In this document: piece by piece, positions 49,505-61,100 of the stretch
How the letters are laid out: every line of letters begins with the position of its first letter
Numbering within the stretch: position 1 is the first letter of the stretch
Assembly (NCBI GenBank): GCA_965637545.1
Contig: OZ281499.1
Span: 25,978,001-26,042,000, forward strand
Direction: 5' to 3'
Length of the DNA: 64,000 bases
DNA from: Phallusia mammillata
Taxonomy: Eukaryota
Notes under the pieces: generated by a model
Database searches by the model: none
Seen by the model: only the letters and a program-made list of their open reading frames with translations
Told to the model about the DNA's origin: nothing
Made by a program: the position numbers and the translations under genes

Positions 49505-52500
49505 ATGTCTTTCGCTGGAGCAATAGCCGTGTTTGTCGCACTTCTGTGCGGCGTTGCGAATGGTTTGGATTGTCGCATAGGAACAATGACCCAGGATGGG
49601 TCAGATCCCACAGTTGGATCGTTTGTAACTGCAACTTGCCCAACTGACTATCAATGCTCAAGAACTCAAACAACTGCAGGTGTTTACATGTATATCATTT
49701 GTTAGCTGAAAACATACTAGCCATGTGTTTAACTGTTGCGCAACTCAAATTTATTTCAGGTACCGTCGTCACGACCGTGGCATCATGTTCTACATTCTCT
49801 GCTTGCGACAATCTTTGCCTTGGTGTAACGTAAGTTTGTGAAAAATAAAATCAGAAAAGAGATTAAGACGGATGTAAACATAAATCACTTTACTGTGCTA
49901 TTATGAAGTACTTTTTTAAAGTATACGCTATGGTTGCAGAGATTGTGTTGGAGCTTGCTGCAAAAATGCGGACAACTGCAACAATGATCCGGTGGCTACT
50001 ATGATTGGAACTGTCGACTGCATTACCGTCTTTGCGGCAACTACAAGCACAGAATGTTCACCTGGCGAAATGTGCGGAATAAAGGAAGTTACTGCAGGTA
50101 ATACTGGAGACTAGGGCGATTTTTCTTGTAAACATTACCGCTTGTTATACTTTTAGTCAATGGAGACGTAACATCCACAAGCACATGCTCAACTGCAACA
50201 GCGTGTACTACTGGTCTGTGTGACGGTGAAGCCCTGTAAGTAAGCAATACGTTATTACTCAACATTGTGCTGCAAAATACAACGTAAAATATATACGGCC
50301 GATTTAAGTAAATAAACTGATGGTCAACAATATTTGTTTGTGTAAATCTCAAGCGTTTGAGGACAAATCTTAACATCAACATTCAAGTCAAGAACGGCGT
50401 GCTTAATCATAGTGATTTTTTTAGTTTACTTTTAAACTCATTTCCACAGCGCGTGTGCAGCAGCGTGCTGCAACAACGCAGATGACTGTAACAATCAAGC
50501 AGCAGCAAATGTAGGCTTCCTCTCCTGTATTGGAGCCAGTGGATCTGAGGTTTGCACTGCTGGACAAGTTTGCGCCAAGAAAGAAGTTACTCCTGCTGGA
50601 GGTGAGTAACGAACAAGAGATGTGTTGGATAAGAATAAAGCACTTCAATAAAATCGGTGGACACATAATACATGATAATTATTGACTTCTATTTTTAACT
50701 AGAAAGGAGGTTTCTGACATACTTCCATTGTATGTATTCCATACGATATTTACCAATTTACTATACACATCATTTAATCTACACATATGATTGTTTTTGC
50801 AAGCAAAAACGAATGACCCCCCCCCTCCCCCCTCCCGAATGAGTCCCGATTTGTGCGGATTTACGGTAAACAAACGTCCTGGTTATTTTTAGATTCTTAA
50901 GGAAAAACTTAAGCAACTTTAGCAATAACCCAAACTTCAGCAATAACCCAAGTTTTATCAGTATTCTTTTTGCATCATTATTGTCATATAATTACAAACA
51001 ACAATGAATAGGAACAGGAAAAATACTTTCAATTTAATCTCATGCTTTGACCTAGATATTGTCGTTGCAGGTCAGTTTTTAAACACAATTTTCCAAAACT
51101 GAAAATGTGCTTGATAACTTAATAAAACGACATAGCATAGCTGCGCAAAAACAGCTCATTTCTGATCACCGACACGATTGTCTCGTAAAATGTCCGTCCG
51201 GACGTCAAGCTGAGCACGCCCTGCATTCGCCCACCTTAATCGTAAACAAGTGAATTACTCCCTTGAGAGTTGAGACTTATATCTGACTGACAATGTACAC
51301 ATCATGGCCTGTAAAAGTAACTATTTGGTCGATTGAGGCAAAATTTTAAATACTAAACGAATAACCTACTGCAATCAACTGTTTAACAGTTCAGAACATT
51401 AAGGCTTGAATTTCTGGGCCAAAACTTATTATTTTGGGGTTTAAGGGATAGGATAAAAATGGGTTTATCCAATAAAAAGTTACAAAATTCTTTAGAATAC
51501 CTTACATTGCACCAATCAACAAAGCATGAAACTCTCAGATTATGTATTTGGGTCAGTACAGCCGTTTAAAAAAAACACGTTTTGAGGGCCCGTGGGTGGA
51601 CCGCTGGGTCATTCGGGGTCAAACTTCTGGAGGATCATATTTGGATTAATAACTAACATCTGTCTAAATTTGAAGCACTCTTTCTTGACCAAACGCGTAT
51701 AACAAACCAGCGTCGGACAGAAAAAATACAGACAAAAACAATACCTTCGTGGAAGGGGACACATAATGACTAGTTTTAGCCAAAAAAATAACTTGTTTTA
51801 ACGTTTTACAGGGTCGACTACAACCACAGCCTCGTGTCAGGATCAAAATGCATGCGCCGGACTATGCACTGGTGAAACGTAAGTCAACATGAACCTTTAC
51901 AACCAACTTGGACGCTTAATACAATATTTCGCTTTTTCGTGTAGGGATCCATGTGTGTCAGCTTGTTGCTCGAACGCTGACGATTGCAACTCGGGAACCG
52001 TTGCTGAGATTACGGCCGCAAACGCGCTGAGAGTTTGTATGGTGGGAACTTTTACCCAGGATGGGTCGGCAGCTGCTTCTGGAGTGCTGACGTTTACGAT
52101 TTGCACGGCTAACCAGATTTGTGGAAGAACCGAAACGACAGGTAAGAAAATGTAAACCTGATGGTGTATTACAATTTCACCACTGCATTTATATTGAGAA
52201 AGAAACATCTCTTTAAGTTTTATTAAGCCAAATCTTTTTAAACAATTTTTCTTGTGCCAAACAAAAATTTCAATTAAGGTTTTTAATCTCTTGAATGTGC
52301 GTTTCAAAAGGTATAAGCCATATTTTCACCAGCGTTATGAAATAAAATTTACGTTATAACACAGAATATTTGAACAAAACAGTCAACTGAGTATGTGCTT
52401 ATGTGTTGTAAAGATTGTTGTTTTATCGGCCTTGTTTTGAAAAGCACAAATGTTTTTAACGCCAAGTAAACGCGATAATAAACATACTTGCTGTTTTTAG

Positions 52501-55500
52501 ATGGTACAGTTGTGACAACAATGGGATCATGTCAAGATTCTGTCGCCACTTGTGACGCTCTTTGTGCAGACACCGCGTAAGTTTTTGAATATGCATTGGT
52601 CCGATGCAACAATTCAACAATAATTCAATACTATGCATCATGCTAAATTTATCATAATTTCTGTTAAAACCTTTTTTCAAAGCACAGTTTTCAAAGTGTA
52701 GTTGCTCAGTCAAAAAAGTTTGTCCGAGTTTATTTCAGTATTTTTAACATCCATTTTATATTATTCAGGAACTGCGTGTCAGCCTGTTGCAATAACGAAG
52801 ATAACTGCAACAGAGAGTCTGTGGCTGATATGGGAGCAACAATTGCGTGTGGAACTGGAACAATGGCTAATGGAGCGTTTCCTACAAGCACCACTTGCAC
52901 CGCTAACCAGCTTTGCGCGAGGACCGAAATTGGCAATGGTAAAATTTTAAACCGCCCTAATAAAAAGTGAATAAAAATTTACAACATAATGTTAGAAATG
53001 CATTTTCATCGAATACAATAAAAAATGCCCGTGTTGGTAACATGCCCATCACATATCAAAACAAACAAACAAACCGTTTAACATTATTCACTGTAAAAAC
53101 AAAGAATTTGTCTGCAGCTGTGGAGGGATCGTGCCAGACACAAGATGCATGCGATCTACTCTGTGCTGGAGTCGCGTAAGTTGATTTTTTACATTTACCA
53201 ACAGAAAGGTGTGGCATGAAAAGCCACCATTTTCAATGTATCGACCTAATCAAACAAAAGGGGCGTTGTTTGCGGTTTTACATTATAAGAGAAAGGCCAC
53301 GTCTGTTATAGTGGGCTACACACGTAGTTGATCGTGTGCACGTCAAACTAGCAAAAACTTGTGTCATTTTATTGAAATATTTAAAGTATTATCAAGCGCT
53401 TTAACAGCAGTTATAATATTCATTTGGCACACACACACAAAATTAAATATTGTAACTTGTTATTTCGCTAACTCCCAGAAAAAATGGAAGTCAAATATAT
53501 ATATCAAATATAAGCTTTCAGGGTTTTTGTTTATTTCCTATCACAGGGGTTGTACATCAGCATGTTGTAATGATGCCGATAACTGCAACACTCGGACTGT
53601 GGCACAAATGCAAATGGTTGTTCGATGTGGAACTGGGTCTGCAACAGATGGAAACCTCCCTAACACAATGACTTGTGCATCTGGTCAACAATGCCAAAGA
53701 ACTGAAACCACTGCAAGTATGAAGTATTGCATTTTATAGTCGGTCGCGTTCATTACATGATTGACATCGGAATTATTATTGCAGGTAACGTTGTTACAAC
53801 TGTTGGAATGTGCATTGCTGGAGATGCCACGTGTGGAACTGGATGCGCTGCAGCGTAAGTTAAAAAGCACAAGCTTAAAGCTAAATTTAAGCTACAATTA
53901 ACCACCCGAAGCATAAACGTGGAGAAAAAAAATCAAAGAAAACGTGTAACGAGTTCGCACATTATTGTGGTCGTCAGTTCAAATAATAATGTCTTATACA
54001 CGCACAAGAAATCATTTTTGTTCAAGTACAGATCTTTAATGTCCTTAAATATTGTTCTTGTTTTTGCAGGGATTGCGTGTCAGCTTGTTGCAACGACGCA
54101 GATGGATGTAACACTCTGTCAGTGGCAACACAAACAGCAAGACAATGTTTGACTGGAATGACCACCCAAGTTGGAAGTGCAGCAGCAACTGGAAGTTTGA
54201 TTGCTACGCATTGCCCCGCTGGTGAAATGTGTGGAAGAAAACAAACCACAACCACAAGTGGAGGTAGACTGCCGTACAATGTACCAACATCTTAAACCAG
54301 TGCTCTTCAACCTTTTTTGTCTTGGTGAACCCCTAAACTTGTTGTGACGAACTCATGCACCCTGTTTACTTAAAAAGGTTAACTGAGATAAAAGCGATAT
54401 TAAAAATCATTATGCGTATCATCATGTCAATCAAACGGAGCGGAGATCGCAAAAATTGTTTAATTGCTACCAATACTCCAGCATATGTTCGCGAATTTTC
54501 TGTAAAACACCGGAGAAAAGGCCAAAACTCGATGTCCTAATACAGCGGTTCCCAAACTGGGGTCCGCGGTCCCTTAGAGGTCCGTGAGGCAATTTGGGGG
54601 GACCGCGAAGCGCTTGAAGTAGTTCTATAATCTTATTTGGCGTCAGTTTGTGCTTCTAAATCACTTTAAAATCAAAGTAGAATTGAGAATCGACTGCCTC
54701 CATTGCTAAACAATGGCCTTTATAGAATGACAACTATCAAAAATGCAATTGTTCGCGCACAATCGTAATGTTTTTGTCCTGTTTGTGATGTCACATGCTG
54801 TCTTTGAATGATTGTTATGCGCAATTTTGCATAACTGGCTAAAATCCTGCAATCAACTTTCGTTTTTATGAAATACACATTTAGGCTTAAGGCACGCGAG
54901 CCCTCGAAATAATGGCAAAGGGACCGTTTTGAGAAAAATATGAAAAAGTTTGGGAACCACTGTCCTAATATAATCCGACTGTAACGCAGACACGATCAAA
55001 CTTGACACGGGGATAAAACATTAAAAAAGTTCACCTTGGTTCACATCACATGAAACCTACGTCATTTTTCTAATATCCTCACAGTCAAATATTAATGGTT
55101 CGTTAAAAGTTTGTGATGCACCCTTGTATACCCCTTCGTACTGGTGCACCCCATGCACATTTTGTGTGTTCAAAGACAAACACAAGTTTAACCACCCATG
55201 TTAGAAGTGTGTTCAAGAAGTTTAAAATTGTGCATATATTTCTGCCTGCAAAAAAGTAATCAAACTAAAAAATCGCAAATACATATAATCTACACCATTG
55301 GATCGCAATACACACCAGGGGATGAGTACGACAATAACATCATTTTACGTATGTTTAGATGTGGCTACAGTGGTAACAGTTGGATCTTGCAGCACAGCAG
55401 CCGAATGTAACGATGGAAACATGCTTTGCAATGGGTGAGTTGGGAGGTTATGCACGCAATTCACCGCCTATTAGTCGTTCAAACAAAATCGGATGCCTAA

Positions 55501-55784
55501 CAGATACTTATATCATACCAAAGCTAAAATAGCTTAAAACAAAACAAACAAATTATTGCAAAATGGTGACAAAGTGTTTCTTATGCAGGGCTGCAGGTTG
55601 CATCGAATATTGCTGTGACACTGATGGTTGCAACTCTGCCGTTGTCACTACAACAACAACCACCACCACTACTACAACCACAACAACAACTGCAGCAACC
55701 ACCACAGCTGGTGCTGAACATGCAGCACAAATTAATATGTTGGTGATGATGGGTCTTGTGGTTCTCGGTTGGTTCATGGCCTAA
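49505..55784 (+). CDS. Gene E: signal peptide + 7 LU-like domains + Thr stalk + GPI tail, intact
   Basis: Exons 49505-49679, 49760-49829, 49940-50097, 50157-50235, 50450-50601, 51812-51878, 51945-52141, 52501-52576, 52769-52938, 53118-53175, 53547-53716, 53785-53854, 54070-54263, 55359-55434, 55589-55784. Confidence 0.9.
50697..51767 (+). mobile_element. Probable non-autonomous Helentron/DINE-like insertion in gene E intron
   Basis: Intron is about 1.2 kb versus about 0.1-0.5 kb for most cluster introns. Starts aactagaa; ends acagacaaaaacaata followed by hairpin ccttc-gtg-gaagg and cataat. Confidence 0.5.
54543..54962. mobile_element. hAT MITE (420 bp) in gene E intron, sister of 22084-22493
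   Basis: TIRs cagcggttcccaaact / agtttgggaaccactg; perfect 8-bp TSD tcctaata. Possibly nested in an older hAT-like element starting cagtgctcttcaaccttttt at 54298. Confidence 0.93.
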
Positions 55785-56545
55785 TCGATGTGTTTCCAAT
55801 GCATCAGTATTACTGTGTTTGTGTGATTTAGAGAATATATATCCAACTTTAAACTATTTTTATACGTTGCACATGGATTTCAACCTACTGTGAAGTGTGT
55901 TAATGTAAGCTGTATCTCAGTGTTATAATATATTTGAACTGATTCTGTACATTTCCGAAATGTTAGATTTTGACAATATTAAATACAAGTTTGATAAACA
56001 AATGTCGAGTGTCATGAAAACACCATCTAGTGTTATGACAGTTCTATGGAAAAGGAAACTTACAGAACTCTAAACAAACTTAATTTTATATTCTGGCGGT
56101 CGAGAAACATTTCAAAATACAATGTAGTATTGCGTTATTCGTTTGCACCTAAAAAAGTAAACATAGAAGGTCTTTATCTTTGTGGCAATATGTCTTTAAC
56201 TTTTCCTTGACTTATTCCAAAACAGTTAGGGCAAGTGGCAAACTTAGTCTTGCGTGAAACTTTGACACAAAACCTTTTTTCTGCGTCTGAGCTGGGGTTC
56301 GGGGTCCACGTGTCGTGCCTTCTCAACGTTCACATCAGAAAGCTAAACCAGTACGAGCTGAAACAAAGGTGCCAAGCACAGCAAAAAAAATAACTCCCAA
56401 AAACAAATAATCACTTTTTACGATGAGTATGTAGTTTGGTAATCTTAAATGCCAACAACCAGTGTTGTTTTTCAGGGGAAGAGTGTTATGGATTTCAAAT
56501 ACATATGTGCAGTAAATGTTGTTGATAAATTACTTTATGCCAACG

Positions 56546-56815
56546 ACTAGCATGGCGGTGCACACTATTTTCCCATTCCCGGACGCGCCACAGGTCCTTA
56601 TTTTACCAACGGTCGCAAGTTTGTTGTTTTATTGTTTATAGAGCTCATGTGTAAACAAAAACGATTTATTTTCTATGTTGTAACGTATGGAGTTGTTTGT
56701 TTGTTTATTTTTCCGTGTTTGCACACAAGGTGCTTACTGAAATTCTGACGTATGTCGTATTGAATCAGTAAAATACCATTATATCGTCCCGCAACCCTTT
56801 GGGTGCGGGTTTAAC
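56546..56815 (+). mobile_element. Possible short Helitron/Helentron-type element
   Basis: actag start and GC-rich hairpin cccgcaaccc-ttt-gggtgcggg (56788-56809), with CTAG at 56824. Confidence 0.35.
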
Positions 56816-56973
56816 TTAAATTTCTAGCAACAAGCACGGCCGCATAAACTTGTATCTGCGGGCGCAGGTTGTACACTCCGAGGCAGACAGGGGTAACTTA
56901 AACCTTCGGTGTTAACCCTACTTAGTGCTTTGAAAAAAGACTTGCTCTGATAAGAACGCTGAAATCCAACTTC

Positions 56974-57223
56974 AATTAAGGTGAATGTGAACAGGAGCGC
57001 AATACCAGTCACGACAAAAACACGAGGAAAAACGCCGATCCTCACCGCACACGACGAGACAACACGTGGAAGCGACCTTTGGAAAATTTCTAATGGCGCT
57101 GAGCGAGAGAAAAAGGAAAAGTTTTGGGGTAATTAGACTCTCTTGAAAGAGTCGGGACGCTTCAATGTAGTGAATATAAGGAGGGGGCTGCCACGTTTAT
57201 GTGCAGTTCGGTTTGAGTTTACG
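56974..57223 (+). promoter_or_regulatory. Core promoter plus micro first exon of gene F
   Basis: CACGTG 57063, GGAAAATTTC 57081, gactc-N8-gagtc, TATAAG 57175, gcAgtt with A at 57205 (30 nt), donor gtgaag 57224, acceptor 58101. Confidence 0.75.
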
Positions 57224-58147
57224 GTGAAGTGGGAAGAGAAAGAAAGTCGACAATTTTTGCGCTTTGGAAGAAAAGGGGAATGTTTAACGGCAAGTCAGTC
57301 CGTAATTACCGGGGGTTTAGCGGTACCGTAGTCGAAAGGACACGATCTTGTTCACATGTGTGTGCCATCTGCCATAGAGCAAGATAAGGAATACGCGTCA
57401 AATTCAAGAGCAAAATTCAGATTTCGGTTGGAAACATCATGTTTTAAAATAATTAAACAATTTAAAACAGCATTCACAAGCACCACAAAAGTCCCAGGTC
57501 ATAATAGAGAAAACAACATGTTACGACACAAAGTTTACAAAGTTTATCAAAACGCCAGCTAAAATTGTTTGCAACTAAAAGTATGGGTCGGGGCAAAGCT
57601 ATGTTGCCAAAAATTTACATCGCCTGTTTTTTTAACGAGGACATCAACTTTGCCTGGTAGCCTTCGAACGGCTCTAACGTGAAAGATCTTCGAACTCTAT
57701 CTCAAATTTGGGCCAAATCGGTAGGTTTGGGAGAAAGAACGTTTACAGGTAAAAAGTAACTAAAACATCTATCGTGTTGCGGGAAGTTACAGATTTAAAC
57801 GTTAAATGGAGTTGGATCGCGTCAAAGAAATAGGTAACCACTGCATTGGTGCTTAAACAGTAAAAAAAATGTAAAACTTTCACGCGAACGAAAGTATACA
57901 TGCAGCAATTATAAGGGAGTAAAAGTGTCTTAAGCTACACTGTAAAATGACACAGAGCAGAAGGCTCGAGTCAATAAAATAACCGCTCAGTGCGTACACG
58001 CCACTGTCCTTTTGAATTATCATCGTTAACTTTATTTGGTCCAGTTAAATTAATGCAAGACCCCAAATAGCAACAAAGCAACTGACCAAATATTGTTACA
58101 GAAACAGTTGGGATTTATTCCATACAACAGTATCTTGAATTATAAAA

Positions 58148-61100
58148 ATGGGTCAATTACGAGCAGTTGCACTGTTAGCGGTTTTCTTTGTGTGTGGCAT
58201 TTCGTTCAGTGATGCTCAAATTACGACATGTTTGGTTGGAACTGGTGTTGGAAGTGCTGTTGGTAATATTGCTCAAGATAACTGTGCAAGCAGCGACTTC
58301 TTTTGCGGACGAACCGAAACAGCGGGTGGTGGTAAGTCGTAGCTTGAGTTAAACTATGATTTGTTTATAAGTGTGTTCGTGCATTTAGAAGTAAAGAAGG
58401 TTGTAATAATAAGATAATTGTAAATCGGCATAACATTAAAAACACAATATATCAATACAAGCGTGCATGTTAATGCTGTGTATGTTTTAGATCCTGTCGG
58501 CTCATGTGTCGCAGATCTGGCGGCTTGCGACGCTCTTTGCGCCGGAATCACGTAAGTAGAAACAAAATCAAAAATGTTCCTAAACTTTTTTCATGGAAAC
58601 TCCGAAATAGACACGTACCTGGTAATGGTGAAGCGCAATTGCTTAGAATTATATGGTCACTGCATGGTAAAACGTTTTGTCTTACTGTATTTGCATGTAA
58701 CTCATTTTTCAGGGGCTGTGTATCTGCTTGCTGCAATGATGCTGTCGACTGCAACACCGGGGTCGCTACAATGCGAGGAACAGTGACATGTGGGGTTGGG
58801 GCAAATACCGGCGCTTTTCAAACCCCTGCAATGGTTTGTGACGCGGGAGATCTCTGTGGGAGGAAGGAAGTGACAGCGACTGATGGCAGTGAGTATGCAT
58901 AGTTGAGAATAAAGCTTTCTTTGGGGCATTAAACATACATGCAGTCTTTGAAGCAAACTATACACTTTTAATCACTTTAAAACGAACGATAACGTTTATG
59001 TAAAAAATTGCTTCAAAACAATAAACGTCAAATTTTAAAAAATACAAAGAACACTACAACATTTTACAGCTGAAACCATCACTGGATCGTGTTCAACTGT
59101 GGCTGAATGTGAAGCACTCTGCGATGGCGAAACGTAAGTTGTGTTTCGTTCTTTACAAACTTTACCCACAATGTGTTAATTGGCGACAAAACTATGTGAA
59201 AAATAACGTCAAGGGTCAGACGACTAAATCTTTTTATGTTTGGGCACGAAAATCCTTAAATTCTGAAACCAGAAATGCAATTGCACGCATATTCAAACTC
59301 AAATAATCGCCACTAATAACATGCAAAGTGTTGTTGTTGCAGGGATGCATGTGTATCGGCATGTTGCAATGATGCTGACACCTGTAATACTCAGACAGTG
59401 GCAGAAATGAGCACCATTGTACGATGTGGATCTGGGACGGACGCTACGGCCGCAATGCTGACTTGTGCATCGGGATCGCTTTGTGGCAGAACGGAAGTTG
59501 ATGGTGGTGGGTATTAATTTTAAAACGGCAATACTAATAATTTAATATTAAAATTAGAATTACTTATTCGCGCTTTTTGAATTCTATAAAGTAAAAATTA
59601 CATTCTGTAAAAGCATTGTGGGATAGCAATGTATGTGACAAATCGATCAATGGTTATTTTGTACGTTAAAACAAAGTGCCAAGCTTTCGCAAAACCTTTT
59701 TACAGGCGCCACAACCGGGAGTTGTTCCACAGCGATGGAGTGCGAGACGCTCTGCGGCAGTACCGAGTAAGTTAAAACGATATAATTATGGTTTATTTCG
59801 TTTTAACTTTTCTCCAAGCTCAGACTTAAAAGGAAAAATTGGTCCTTAAGAAAGACAGGAAAGTGTCACTAACTCTTTATTTGACTTCTCAGAAACTGTG
59901 TATCGGCATGTTGCAATGATGCTGACAACTGCAATACCCGCACAGTGGCACAGATGAGCAACATTGTGCGATGTGGAACTGGTGCAGACGCTACTACAAC
60001 ACTGTTGACTTGCGCAGCTGGATCGCTTTGTGGAAGAAGGGAAGTTACCGGAACAGGTATGGGATTGTTTAGCTTGCTTATATGAAAAGCACTGGTGCCA
60101 TGTTTCAAACATTAACATACATTGACTTTCAAAGTAGATGAAAGTGGACAAGGCAAACAATAGATAAATAATATTCGAAATTGGAACTGGTATAGTTTTA
60201 CATTTACCAGTTTAAAAAATTATAATAACCAACGCGCTTAGAAGCGACTGCAATCTAAAACGCCAGTGCAGCCAACATTTTAAAGTAGGTAAATGTCAAT
60301 GTGCGGATATATTTACCAAAGAACTTGTATCATCTTTCCAACATACTATTTTACACTTCTGAGAATTTTTAAACTAAGTTTGTGTTTTTGCTTAAAGGTT
60401 CAGCAATAACCGGATCATGTTCAACTCAAGCAGAATGCGACGCCCTTTGTGCTGGAACCGCGTAAGTGAGAAAAAGAATTGTTTAAATCAAAATAAAAAC
60501 ATCAAAAATCTATAGCAAGAAATTATAAATTATCGACGAAACTAATTGAAAACAGCAGAAGTGAAGCAACTTTACCATTAGCACAACGAACATAAAAGCG
60601 CATTTTTCTGCGACTAAAAATTACAAAAACCATTTTTTTGTTTCACAGATCTTGCACAGCTGCATGTTGTAACAATGCTGATAATTGTAACGCCCGAACA
60701 GTAGAACAAATGGAAGACAGAATTGTATGTGGAACTGGAACATTAAATGATGGAGCGTTTCCTGCAGCTACGTTTTGCGCCGCCGGGGAACTTTGTGCAA
60801 GGACAGAAACAACATCGGGTTCAAGTGAGTGTCAGATACAACACTTGGTCATAACAACAATCGGTTATTAGTAACCAACACAGGATGCTTACTGCCTAAT
60901 ATCCCGAAGCTGAAAAACAATCTTGGCGCTAGGCGGAGGAAAGGCAACTCATGTGTTACATTGAATTCACATGTTAAACGCTCATAAAAACCGACTTTGC
61001 AAAACACTCACTATAAAGATTAGAATTGTATGCTATAAAGGTACATTGAAGTCAAACGAAACGTCACTACCACGACATCGCCCTCTTGTTTGGAACGTTG

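Noticed and set aside
56824-57045. Hydrophobic antisense ORF overlapping the promoter element (RIGVF...), with similar stretches at about 48400-48480, 36780-36840 and 38600-38660
   Set aside because: Starts at GTG, frame is not conserved among the copies (indels, stops), and hydrophobic codons follow from the T/G-rich strand.
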